DNA of 64,000 nt from Epiperipatus broadwayi (taxonomy: Eukaryota > Animalia > Onychophora). Made by a program: the position numbers and the translations under genes. Every line of letters starts with the position of its first letter. Position 1 is the stretch's first letter. The notes under the pieces were generated by a model that made no database searches, was not told the origin of the DNA, and saw only the letters and a program-made list of their open reading frames with translations. The stretch is from assembly GCA_028023455.1 (NCBI GenBank), contig JAQFVV010000006.1, forward strand, positions 8,184,001 to 8,248,000, in the 5' to 3' direction. Below are positions 1 through 11,160 of this stretch, in pieces.

Positions 1-1055
1 TCTGCAGGAGATTTGCCTGTAGCACACAGAGTACTATGTTGATATAATAAGGCAGAATGTAAGGTGTCTTGTATATTTGCAGTGCCTTCCTTCCGTAACG
101 TTTGCTTCAAAGTTTGTACTGCCTTTTCTGCAATACCATTGGACTCCGGGTGATATGGGGGCGTGGCTAAGTGTTTAATTCCCCATTCTGTGAGAAATTC
201 TTCAAATTTAGTGGATGTGAAACTGGTACCATTGTCAGACACAATTGTTTCAGGAATCCCATGAAAAGCAAAAATCTCCTTCAGTTTTGCGATTGTTTCT
301 TCGGTACTGGTGTTTTTCACTACTCTATATTCTGTCCACTTTGAATAAGCGTCGATCACTACCAAAAATATAAAGCTGTGAAACGGTCCAGGGTGGGTGG
401 TCAACGTGAATACGGCTCCATGCTCTTTCAGCTGCCGGCCAAGCAGCATATTTTTTCTCATGCATATTTGCATTTACTTGGCAACTTTCACATGATTTCA
501 CATATTTCTCTATATCAATATTTATTGTGGGCCACCATATGTAACTACGAGCCAGAGCTTTGGCCCGCACTATCCCAGGATGACCTTGATGAATTAAGTG
601 AAGAATCTTATTCCGCCCACTGCTCGGTATCAACACTCTATCATCCATTAAAATACATCCCTTGTTTATGGACAATCTTTGTCTTACGTCCCATAAAGTT
701 TATGTAGTCTCTCGGGCCAACTTTGTGGCCAGCCTTTGCTGATACATTTACTTAAGTGTTTATATCCATTGTCAGCTTTAGTCCAATTAGCTACCTTTTC
801 ACTGGTTATTAATTCGTTGTTCCAATTATCGATATAGTTAATAGTTTGGTCGTCTTTTTGTAGTTCAGCTTTAATGGGCATTCTTGACAGTGCGTCTGCG
901 TGTTTAATGATCTTTCCTTTTTTGAAATTTAGATCAAAATCATAGCCTGACAACAGATTAACCCAATGTAACATTCTAGGGCTTAGATGATCAGGTGCAG
1001 TTTTATTTTTTGCTAATAATCCCAACAGCGGTTTATGATCGGTAAAGATTTTAAA
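1..1055 (-). pseudogene. Disrupted pol C-terminus: RNase H end, connection and integrase
   Basis: Reading continues in frame past the TAG (FKIFTDHKPLL...HADALSR). Frameshift near 700 into LHQGHPGIVRAKALARSYIWWP..C..CQ. Second frameshift near 395 into GPF..FLVVIDAYSKW...IVSDNG...YHPESNGIAE. Confidence 0.9.
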
Positions 1056-2588
1056 CTATCGACCATACAAATATTGGTGAAACTTTTTTATTGCAAATAT
1101 GATAGCCAACGCCTCTTTATCTAGTTGACTATAATTTTGCTCAGCTTTTGTTAATGTTCTTGAAGCGTAGACGATTGGTCGCTCGCCGTCAGCTACTGTA
1201 TGGCTTAAGACTGCCTCTACTCCAACTTCAGATGCATCTGTTGTCAATATCAATTCGAGGCTACTGTCGTAATGTACTAATAAGCTGTTTGACGTTAATA
1301 ATTCTTTAGTGTCACAAAAAGCTTTTTCTTGGGTTTGATCCCAAATCCATTTTTGGTTCTTTTTTAATAAATTGTATAGCGGTTTTGCTATGTGAGCTTT
1401 CCCCTTAAGAAAAACTTCAAAATAATCAAGAAGTCCTAAGAAAGCTTGAAGTTCTTTAACATTTCTGGGTCTTCGTGCTTCCTTTACGGCTGCAATTTTT
1501 TGAGGGTCGGGTCTTTTTCCCTTTTTTGAGATTATGTGTCCCAGGAATTTTAATTCAGTTGCCATCCAGATACATTTGTCTGCATTTATTTTAGCTCCGA
1601 AAGTACATAACTTGTCGCAAACTTTTAAAACTCGTTCACGTAATTCCTCTTCTGAATTGGCCACGACCAAAATGTCATCAAAATATGGTGTTACACCATC
1701 CAATTGCCTGAACAGCATGTCCATTTTGGCCTGGAAAATATTTGGTGCAACCGTAATTCCATAAGGCAATCTATTATACTTAAACAATCCCTTATGTGCT
1801 GTAATAGTTAGCAATTCTGATGTGCGTTCAGAAACTGGTATCTGGTGAAATGCGGCCTTTAAATCAATTTTAGCATAGTGAGTTGCCTTTTGCATATTTG
1901 CCAGTATTTCTCTGACATTAGGTACAGGATACTGACTTTTAGTGAGGTTTTTATTTATTGTGGTCCTATAATCTCCGCAAATGCGAATCTGCCCATTTGG
2001 TTTAGTTATAACCACGATTGGAGTCGCCCATTCCGTTTTCTTGACTGGCGTTAATACACCATTACTAACCAGATTTATCAACTCTTGTTCTACCTTAGTT
2101 TGCAGTGCAAAAGGAACTTTTCTGGGTCTGCAGATAACGGGGGTCGCGCCACCTTGTAGCTCTATGTTTATAGGCATCGTAATAATTTTTCCCTCATCAC
2201 TTTTAAATAATTCACAATATTTATTTCTCATTTCTTGCTCAATAGCAACTTTATTTATTACACATATCTCTATTCCCAAAGCATCAAACCATTCCCTACC
2301 TATAATAGGATTTAGACCACCTTGTACTATATATAACGGTAGTGTTCGAACCTTACTATTTAATTCAATCTGAGCCATCACCTTCCCTAATATTTTCATA
2401 CTAGTTCCGCTAGCGTCTTTTGCCCTTAAACTTGTCCTCATTAATAAAGGAGGATTTTTTCGATTTTTCACTACTTTCTCCCAGCCTTCAAGTGTCATCA
2501 TTGACACGCCTGCTCCGCTGTCAATTTCCATTTTTACTGGTGTCTTTAATAAATTAACTGTCAGCATAAACTGACTTCCGTATCCCAT
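1056..2588 (-). CDS. pol: Pol: aspartic protease, reverse transcriptase and N-terminal RNase H
   Basis: 510 aa ORF with MEIDSGAG, WATPIV, RICGDYR, YNRLPYG, PYFDDILV, FLGHII, TDASEVG. Ends at TAG 1056-1058. Confidence 0.95.
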   Translation of the reverse strand: MGYGSQFMLTVNLLKTPVKMEIDSGAGVSMMTLEGWEKVVKNRKNPPLLMRTSLRAKDASGTSMKILGKVMAQIELNSKVRTLPLYIVQGGLNPIIGREWFDALGIEICVINKVAIEQEMRNKYCELFKSDEGKIITMPINIELQGGATPVICRPRKVPFALQTKVEQELINLVSNGVLTPVKKTEWATPIVVITKPNGQIRICGDYRTTINKNLTKSQYPVPNVREILANMQKATHYAKIDLKAAFHQIPVSERTSELLTITAHKGLFKYNRLPYGITVAPNIFQAKMDMLFRQLDGVTPYFDDILVVANSEEELRERVLKVCDKLCTFGAKINADKCIWMATELKFLGHIISKKGKRPDPQKIAAVKEARRPRNVKELQAFLGLLDYFEVFLKGKAHIAKPLYNLLKKNQKWIWDQTQEKAFCDTKELLTSNSLLVHYDSSLELILTTDASEVGVEAVLSHTVADGERPIVYASRTLTKAEQNYSQLDKEALAIIFAIKKFHQYLYGR

Positions 2589-3397
2589 CTGTGTATTGTA
2601 AATATCACTTTTTTTTTATTTTCGACTTTACAAGTTGGCGAGCTGCCACGATCCTTTTCTCCTTTATTTCGACATACTTTCTGCAAATGCCCAACTTTAC
2701 CACAAGTCCTACAATGCTCCTTATTATTTTTACACTTACAAGCCATGTGGCCTTTTTTTCCACAGCAATAACACACTATCTCATATGTTTTGCTCTTAAT
2801 AGGTTGGGACTTATTTTCAGTTTTCCGAATATACGCATTACCGTCATTTTTGTGGGTAAAATTTCTAAATTCTTCCGATTGGTCGAGTACTATTTCGTGG
2901 GCTACTCCCATTTTGGTTGCTTCGTCATACGTTAACTCTCTTGAGGCCAGTAACTGCTGCCTAAGCCTATCATCTGACATGCCCCAAAGTAATTGTTCAA
3001 GCAGATTATCCTCTAAGGCATCGCCATAACTGCAACTTTTAGCAAGTTCTCTTAGAGCTTGATCATAATCTCGTATACGCTCTCCCTTGTTTTGCCTTCG
3101 GTTTCTGAAGTGTAGTCTTGCGACATGCTTCGAAGGCTGGTGACTGAAAAAATTATTTAATTTTCCCGTAACTACATTATACGGCAAATTCTCTGGCTCT
3201 TCGTGATCACAGAGTCTATTTGCTATTTCGATTACTTGTTGCCCGGCATAACACAATAACGTGGCAACTTTAATGGGGTCGCTTGTCGTACCATTAATCA
3301 AAAATAGTTTCTCGATTCTCTTAAGATAAATTGGCCAATCAAAAGGGTTATTAACATTGAACTCGTTAATTGTTATCTGAGGCACTGATGTCATCAT
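2561..3397 (-). CDS. gag: Gag-like protein with two CCHC zinc knuckles
   Basis: 278 aa ORF with CYCCGKKGHMACKC and CRTCGKVGHLQKVC, plus retrotransposon-gag-like helical region (RLHFRNRRQ..GE...DY...L). Confidence 0.92.
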   Translation of the reverse strand: MMTSVPQITINEFNVNNPFDWPIYLKRIEKLFLINGTTSDPIKVATLLCYAGQQVIEIANRLCDHEEPENLPYNVVTGKLNNFFSHQPSKHVARLHFRNRRQNKGERIRDYDQALRELAKSCSYGDALEDNLLEQLLWGMSDDRLRQQLLASRELTYDEATKMGVAHEIVLDQSEEFRNFTHKNDGNAYIRKTENKSQPIKSKTYEIVCYCCGKKGHMACKCKNNKEHCRTCGKVGHLQKVCRNKGEKDRGSSPTCKVENKKKVIFTIHRWDTEVSLC

Positions 3398-3461
3398 TTT
3401 CTATTTTGCCTTTTTTTTTTTTTTTTTTTGAAAAAAAAAATTTCTATTTCGCTACGAGATA

Positions 3462-3545
3462 ACTATTAAACACGCTTACTGAGACAAATTTCTATTAATA
3501 CGCTTACTAAAACAAATTACTGTTAATACGCTTACTAAAACAATT
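3462..3545. repeat. Three ~29-30 bp tandem repeats in the Gypsy 5' leader
   Basis: ctattaa(t)acgcttact(g/a)a(g/a)acaaatt repeated 3 times. Confidence 0.8.
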
Positions 3546-3675
3546 TTTTCGACTACCAAGTCTATATTCACCCGGACTTCGATTCTCAATTTCCTTGTAG
3601 CTTTCTTTATGTTATACAATTCAATTCGAAACCACTACTGTTTCTAAATTGCACCAGATTTTTCTACTGGAACGT

Positions 3676-3697
3676 ATCCTGTCGATTAACTGCGCCA
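3676..3697 (-). promoter_or_regulatory. Primer-binding site complementary to tRNA-Ser 3' end
   Basis: Minus strand TGGCGCAGTTAATCGACAGGAT matches the complement of a tRNA-Ser-type 3' end (AUCCUGYCGACUGCGCCA) with a 4-nt insertion after the first 9 nt. Confidence 0.6.
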
Positions 3698-3706
3698 ATT
3701 TTCTGC

Positions 3707-3872
3707 TGTGTACAGCCACTCACTCGGCTTAACCATCAGGTAAATAGACAGCAGAAACCAATGATTATACAAATAGTTAATAGAATTAACAGTCGGATAA
3801 ATAATAGTACATATATATATAGTTATAAGACAATTAAGTTTAACTTACGAACGCTGGCCATGAAGGCATACA
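3707..3872 (-). repeat. Putative 5' LTR (~165 bp, TGT...ACA)
   Basis: Minus strand starts TGTATG at 3872 and ends ACA a few nt before the PBS; contains a TATATATA tract. The partner LTR is outside the window, so boundaries are unverified. Confidence 0.5.
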
Positions 3873-5319
3873 AAAAACATAATCTAGACCAGTGTGGCCT
3901 GCATAGTCCCTAGGTCCACTTTTTAACCTTCAGTGGTGGAATTCAATGGGTTTGTTCCATTGCTAAGTTAAAACTCTTGACCTTCGTGTGCATTCAATGA
4001 GTTCTCCGCTACAAGTGCTGCTTAGTTGTTTTTTGTTCCTTCTTTTTTCTTGTTAAGGAATGTTTCAGAAACCAATTAATTTTCAGCTATTGTCTACTTT
4101 TAGTAATCAGCACTTTTAATCTAGCTGCTTAATTAGTTTCTGATCTGAAGCTTATCTTTAATAGCGTACCAAATTTAATTACAAAATTCCTGTCTATTTC
4201 TTTTAATAAAACTTATTTTAATAAAACATTAATTATTATATACGTATAATTTTCTTTTAACAAAATATTATTATACATGTATATAGCACTAATTAAATAG
4301 TTTAATTAATGAAAAACTATAAACTAACTTATCAAGAAAGTTAGATGAATGCAAGCAAAGGATTAAGATAATGGAAACAAAGCCATTGCTTAAAATAGAC
4401 AATTCTAAGGTAATTGCATTATCTGATCAGGAATCGAATAGTGTAACTAAAGAGATGACCACCACGTGGACAGCGGATGGCCAACCAAGAGAGTCTACTC
4501 TAAAAACAATCAGGGAGAAAAAACAGATCTAGAATCGAACTGAGACCAGACACTTGCTAAGTGAAGCTCTTGAAAGGCAGATGTGCCATTTCCTCGGGTG
4601 CCCCCAGTCAGCTCCCTCCTTCACTTAGCCTTGCAGAGAAGTTTACCTCCGGACGTTCAAAAGTACACTTAGGAACTGTAAACAGGTCGTATTGATCTTA
4701 TTATTATTTTGTTACACCTTCGGGCCCTTATTGTTATTTATATAGCGTGTGATATTAAACAATATTGATTATCTTCGTAGAACTCTGTAAAAAAATTCTT
4801 GTTACTTAAATGTACTTGCGGAGCTGCCTTATTAATTAACAATTATTTGTGTTATTTATATTTGCAATCCAGCAGGCAATAGAGTGCCGCTGGACACAGC
4901 ACTATACAATTAGGCATAATACTGTACTAAAAACTTTTATTTTTCCAATATAACATTTTGCTTTCTTTCATGATCCACATCTGAATAGTATTTTAAGTGA
5001 CAAAACCTTTAGGAAATTTTATTCTAGTGCTATTCTTAGCAATTAAAATTTTGGAAACATCTTTTTAACTATTGTATCTTCTTTATGAATTAGGGGCATT
5101 TATGTAAACTCCCAATAAATACTTTCCACAATCATATTAGTATGAAATAACATACAGCAATATAAGCAATGTCACATGACTTTTCTCATATGCTTTCTGA
5201 CATTCTTCCAAGAGTAGTTCTTTTTGTTCTTCTCTGCCATTTTCTGTAAACTTGAAAAATTAATGAGCACCAGATAATATAGTAGTATATCTCTGCCCCC
5301 AGACTGTTTTCTCGTTTTT

Positions 5320-5615
5320 GCTTTTGTCAGATTTTCAATTGGATGGGCGGTTGAAGAGTTGGAGTGTGGAGTAGATTGAAGCCTGTTCATTAAAGTATGA
5401 GGTTTGGCTATCTTAATATATATCTGAGCACTTATGGCATATATGTGTGGAGATGGTAATCTGGACCAACTGATGATTACTGGTTTAGCATGAAATACGT
5501 ATATTGGTGATTATTTATCTTTTTAACATATATGTGTTCAAGGGTATCAGTGTTATGAGATAGTGTGGAGAGTGGTGGGTCATGTGAAAGTCTGTGCTCA
5601 TATACCCTATATATT
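5320..5615 (+). mobile_element. Family C non-autonomous repeat (HHR plus tRNA-like segment), copy 1
   Basis: Clearly homologous to 14466-14795 (+) and 15745-16082 (-). Contains the HHR motif at 5465-5508. Confidence 0.75.
5465..5508 (+). ncRNA. Minimal type-I hammerhead ribozyme motif (family C)
   Basis: ACCAA CTGATGA ttac-tggttta-gcat GAAAT ACGT ATA TTGGT. Stem I ACCAA/TTGGT is perfect, core intact, stem III palindromic (ATACGTAT), AUA cleavage triplet; stem II damaged in this copy. Confidence 0.7.
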
Positions 5616-6065
5616 AATTAATGCATTTGTGAATGCAAGCTAATTGCCAGAAATTTTTTTAAAAAACCTAATGTTTGAACCCAATCCAATTTGGTTGCAC
5701 AGACTTTCTCACGTGCATAATCATATTATTGCAAGGTAAGTTCTTTTCACTCTATTATTCTACAGTAAATTAGCTTAGATTCAAAACTGTAGTACTTTTT
5801 AAATTTCACATTCTTTGCTTGGTAATATACTACAGAATTAAAAGAGAGCCTTCTAGTGCAATGCTTCTAATTTTGAATCTTTCACCTTACAGATAAGACA
5901 AAAGGCATTAAGTGGTTTAGCAATACTGATATCCTAACACTACATATGTTTTTCCAGTGATGACTCACACATAGATTAGAAGACTAGAATAGAATAAAAA
6001 GATACTGCAAAAGACTTCACATTTACACATAAATGTAATTGTTCATGCTAAGTAATCCCTAAGAC

Positions 6066-6513
6066 CAGGGGTGGGCAAGTAGTGGCTCAAGGGCCACATG
6101 TGGCCCACTAAAAGTTTTTATAGGGGCCCACCAAAACAATAAGAAAAATCCACCTTGAACTGAGATTTCCTTCTCATGTGCAACTGAAGATTCATCTCAT
6201 ATTTTCCACTAGGATGACAAGTGGAGTGTAGATACAATATACAGTGCTTTTCCAGTTGATCTGGTTAATTTCAATTTTGTCTTGGCATTAGCAAATATAT
6301 ACATTTTCAATTTTAGTGAAACCATGAACCCTTCGAAAAAATGTAAAATCGGTGATGAATGTCGTGTGTTTAATGAAGAATGGACAAACATATTTCTTTG
6401 GTAATACAGGGAATAAAACAGTGTGTTGATTGTGTCATGAAAAAAAGATGCGGCCCTCTGCTAACCTTCACTTCCACAGAGTGGCCCCCGATACGACCAT
6501 TTGCCAACCTCTG
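6066..6513 (+). mobile_element. Internally deleted hAT (SPIN/Charlie/GTF2IRD2-like) element
   Basis: TIR-like ends CAGGGGTGGGCAA / TTGCCAACCTCTG. Internal remnant MNPSKKCKIGDECRVFNEEWT resembles the N-terminus of SPIN/GTF2IRD2-type transposases. No TSD visible. Confidence 0.75.
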
Positions 6514-7024
6514 CAGCCCCCAAGCCAAAACAATTGCCCACCCCCGCATAAGAAGAATTGTTGATTCCATAAAAAAATCTTTGCAATGAGTCAGAATGGT
6601 TTTTTTTAACAGCAAAAAAAAAAAAATAGGCATGTGTAATAAAAAATAAATGAAATTATTTGTAAATATATGACTTTCAAAAATTAACTATATTGTTAGT
6701 ACTTATAATTCCCCTTTTCACCACATATACTTTAATCACAAGAATGAAGACACCTGATGAAAATGGTGTTGTAATTATGAGAGCAGAAATTTTGACACTT
6801 TTAGATTAAATTGTAGTAATTCAATTTAAATAAATACTGACCAAAGATAATGAGGAGATATGAAAAGTTATGACTTCTACCACCTGGTTCAGCCTGAACT
6901 ACATTTAGGACGGTCATTTACATTTTCGCAAATGTCTTTGATCATATGATGAAAGTAAATGTGGTGGCATGAAAATTTAAGTATATTTAAGATATTAGAC
7001 TATGCTGTTGTTGTTTTTTTTTAT

Positions 7025-7110
7025 GTGCCTAAGCATCGGCCGGAAAGCGTACCCCAGGACAACTGCTTGCAAGGCAGCCATGCTAACCACTCGGCCACCA
7101 ACGCTTGATT
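7025..7110 (-). mobile_element. tRNA-Gly-derived SINE
   Basis: Minus strand GCGTTGGTGGCCGAGTGGTTAGCATGGCTGCCTTGCAAGCAGTTGTCC... resembles tRNA-Gly(TCC) with a damaged T-arm and an A-rich tail. Same family as the 25.3 kb and 51.7 kb copies. Confidence 0.8.
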
Positions 7111-8152
7111 GGACTATACAGATGTGTTGAATAATAATAAATTAATTAACCTTTAAGTGGATATATCTGGGCTAAAAGTAATACGGTAACTTCTAGCCTA
7201 ACAATTACTTAATAATTATGACTAAGGTATTTATTTATCTGGAGAGCATCTTGTCAGAGTTGAGACTGCAAAAATTTTGACACTTTAGATTAGATTGTAA
7301 TAATATTATTTAATATTTACTTTGATTAATGATAGTATGAGTCTGATATTAAATTAATGATTTAAAACATAATCTAAAATGATTGAAACTGTATATTTTA
7401 GTGAATTCAAATTTATGTAAACTTTAAGCACCCTTGACCTCTGACAAAAATAGTATATACCAAACAAGACATCATATGCATTCTTAGATTATTATTAACA
7501 TCTGCACTAGAAGCTGTCATTAATTCTATTTACTTCACATTAGAGCCATTTATTGTGAGCTTGAATAATCATTAGAGACTAGATAGTAATGTTACATCTA
7601 AATCTCCAGAAACAGTTCCTGTTTATTGTCTACCTTCAGTCAGGAACAGGATATGCAATTCATATATAAGGGATACCTGCAGTTAGCATAAAACTGAGTT
7701 CACTAAAATAATTATAACTCAGTGTCAGATCTTACGTTATTAGCTGGATAATATAAAAGAGTTAAGTGTAATGTGGCTACTCAATGTGACTGCTATCCTG
7801 TCTCTTATTAATGATGACCAATAAGAAAAACTCAATCTGGGGGTTCGATATCACTTACTACCATTGATAAATCAAGTTTACAACATGTGGCCTTGAAATA
7901 AAGTAAATAGAATGAATTAATTAATAAGAAATACAGATTCTCATATAATAATGATTTGATATACTATTTCTGACAAACTTTCTCACAAAACGAAAGACCT
8001 TAAGTAAACAATTACTGGGCTGATAGCAAAATAAAACTGGCTTGGGTTCAAAATCTTGGGATTTTTGGCTGATTTTTGGTCCTTACGTTACTAGCTTGGA
8101 TAACATAAAACAAGTTAGAGGACTACTCTGTCTGTTCAAATGCTAACTTGTC

Positions 8153-8197
8153 TCTTGCTGATGATAGCCAATAGCCACAAAATAGGCTAGGGACTTG
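8153..8197 (+). ncRNA. Degenerate family A hammerhead motif
   Basis: CTGATGA TAGC CAATA GCCA caaaa TA GGC TAGGG; GAAA and GUC are mutated. Confidence 0.45.
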
Positions 8198-10969
8198 GGT
8201 GTATCAATATTATTTAAATGTCCACTAATTTTCAAATTTAACTACTGGCACTGGCATAAAATAAACAGAAAAATCACTGCTCCTAGAGCAGATATTAATA
8301 ATAAAGAAAAAAAAATGTGGTGTTTGATATAAAAAATATGCATTATCATGAATTATGCTTTTATAATATTAATATCATCTATTTCTTTATTACTTTTTAC
8401 AATGCTTTTTTACAACCCACTATGATGGTTCGGTTGCTCCAGCAATCTTCTTCAGAACTTCAAGTTCTGAAAAAGATGCAATGCAAGATGATATTAACAT
8501 TATATGGATTTGGAATGCAATAATAAGAATGGTGCTTTTGCTGAGAAAATTCTTGCATGCGTTTCTGTAAACAATAATACTTAAGGGAGTGATTTAGTTA
8601 TGAGCATCCATGATAAATATAATTCATGTAAAAAACAGTCTGTGCAGCTTTATTTTGTTCCCGAAATGCAATCCTGAAATTTAATAATATTTTTCTGGCA
8701 ATATCTGCTGAAATTGAAAACTATAAAATCTAAAACCCATTTTGAAACTTGCTAGATTTTGACATTTTATTTGCCTCTGTTTTTAATTTTTGGTCATTAA
8801 TTCTATTTGTTTTGTTTTTTAACATATTTTTTCATTTCTACAACATAAAAATTATTTCTGAATAAATGCGAAAAATATTGATTCTCTTCTAAATTTAAGG
8901 TAAAAACATTTTTTTTTAAAAAAAAATCTATAATATAAGAATCATTTTATTGAACATTAAAATATTTACGAGATTTTATACATGCATACTCTATACCAGA
9001 TGTACCCAGCATATGTAAAGACCATGGTCCTTTTTAATTGGTTCCTTTAACAAATTTGTTTTTAAGATTTACTATAAATTAAACAATAAATGTGAAAAAT
9101 ATACCTAGCCTGAAAAGCCGTCATTGTTGTTGTAGTTTTTAATTGGTTGCTTTGACATTTTTTTTTTTTTTACTTTGCGGAATTAGTTACTTGAATAAAA
9201 TACTAGTAATCAAATTAAGCCATTTAAATATAAGGAAGGAATTACTTGCTTTGTATAAAATGCTTCATAAAAAATTAGTTATTAATGGCAGAATTACTTT
9301 CTTTACATATACTTCTTAATGGACAAACATAATAATTCGTTTTAATTGGTTGTGAATTTGACACATGACAGCATTACAGACAAACATTTAGAAATTTTAT
9401 AAATAAGATTCCATATTCATATTAATAAAAATTTGTTATTAATATGTTATAGATTAATGTGAACCTATATATTATATGGATATTTTATGGCACATCTATT
9501 AATATTAGTATTTCATGCTATTTACCATATTAAAGCCTTCAGTGATGAGCTTGAACTTTGATTAACCAAAGAGTAATCTAAAATAAAATCCTGTTTAGCT
9601 AGAAATTATTTTTCTATCTTCTCTTTGCACTCTTTCTCTTATTTTCTCTTCACACTTTTTCTTATCTTTACAGTCAAAATAATTTGATCGTCACAAACAT
9701 TTATGACAAATAAATGGTTAGTTTATCAATTCATGCAATATCCAAGAAGAAATGACTAATTGAGCATTTTTGGCTCTGATCCCATTACTCTATCAAAATG
9801 CTAAATGCACAGTGCAATCATGGCCGTCATCTCCTTGCCCTTACAAGTAACAATTTGTGCAATCATATGTCTATCATTTAAATACACAGCTATTCTGAAT
9901 CTAATCTTCATTTTTCTTTAATTTCCTACTTCTATTCTCATCTTTATAATCATTTTCCTTCTTATAATGTTAGAACGACCGTAATTGTTTCTGAGTAGTT
10001 TCTAATAAAATAAAAAGCCATATATTGTAAGCTTGTGCAATCAGTGGAGAATGAAGTACCTCACATAAAACTTCCAGATAAATTACTCAATCAATAGAAG
10101 GCTAGGGAAAATCGTTGCCATGGTTGAAAATAAGCAGAGGTCACATGACACCTTGTATAATATACAGTATATTTTTTACTGCGTATATAAAAGTAAATTT
10201 GTTTTTCAAATAAACTTGATATGATATGGATAATCATATCTAAACTGGACTGATATCTGTTCAAAAATGCTTGACAGGATATTAAAACTGTCTTCAAGAT
10301 ATGATGGAAGATATATTAATATCGTAAAATATATCAAACAAAAACTATTCTATAATTCAAGGCTTGCAATTTCAAAAATTTGAATATCATGCTGTCTATA
10401 AAGCAGATGTAATAATTACCATGAATTTTTTTTTGAAAATACTTGCTCAATGCTTCTTATTATTTGGAAGTTCTGAACGATATTAGCCCATATTACGTCA
10501 AATAGAATTTTTGGAGACATATCTTAATAAACCAGGATATTCGATATTAAACTCTTTTAAAAGCAAAATGTTTAAATATAAACTATACATACATTTTTTT
10601 GCTCCTATATGTCTAATTTAGTAAAAGACAACAAATTCTCCCATGATCATTATGTCTTCACACTCTAAAAGCACAAACTCTTATTATACCAACAAAAACA
10701 TTACATATCTTTCTCTTCAAACCTTCTACATATTCTAATTAAAAGCAATAATCATCTTAACTTTAAAAAAGGGGGGAGGGAGTTCATAAAGAAGTTTGAC
10801 TGCCACACTTGTGAGGTCCAAAATTGATACTGGAACCTTCCAATCCCCAAGTTGGATGCTCTACCGACTACACCAAAATGTGCAGGGATGTGTTAATTCT
10901 AATCCAGAGATATTTATTGAAATCTTGAATAATCAATGGCATTATAAAATGTTTATATCCACATCATGC

Positions 10970-11160
10970 TAGTTTCTGGTTGTTGCTCTTCGATGGGAAG
11001 GAGCTGTCTACTTGCATTTATATATCTAGCAACATTGATTCTTTTATAAAAATAAAGCTAACAGGCAAAAATTCAAAAATACCCTAAGGTTCTGAACAGT
11101 CAATTGGTCGGTATAATTATATAAATCTGAAAAAGTCATTATTCAGAAACTAGTCTAGGG
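10970..11160. repeat. Degenerate family A inverted pair
   Basis: ctagtttctggttgttgctct (minus, ~10976) and ctgaaaaagtcattattcagaaactagtctaggg (plus, 11127-11160). Confidence 0.4.

Larger units (their letters stand above)
1..3872 (-). mobile_element. Decayed Ty3/Gypsy LTR retrotransposon (Mag/K02A2.6-like), truncated by left window edge
   Basis: Minus-strand order gag (2 CCHC) - protease (DSGAG) - RT (YFDD) - RNase H (DAS, TDHKPL) - integrase (GHPG..C..C; SDNG, HPESNGIAE read by hand in 1-324). One in-frame stop and at least two frameshifts. PBS-like motif upstream of gag. Confidence 0.95.

Noticed and set aside
1056-1058. In-frame TAG inside RNase H as programmed readthrough
   Set aside because: The position is within the catalytic domain, and two downstream frameshifts show that the copy is simply decayed.
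378-3029. Plus-strand and alternative-frame ORFs over the Gypsy element (378-707, 1534-1764, 1981-2373, 2591-2935, 2790-3029)
   Set aside because: Antisense shadows of gag/pol with no independent motifs.
7025-7110. Functional tRNA gene
   Set aside because: Broken T-arm/B-box, variable anticodon among copies, and A-tails with TSDs indicate a SINE.
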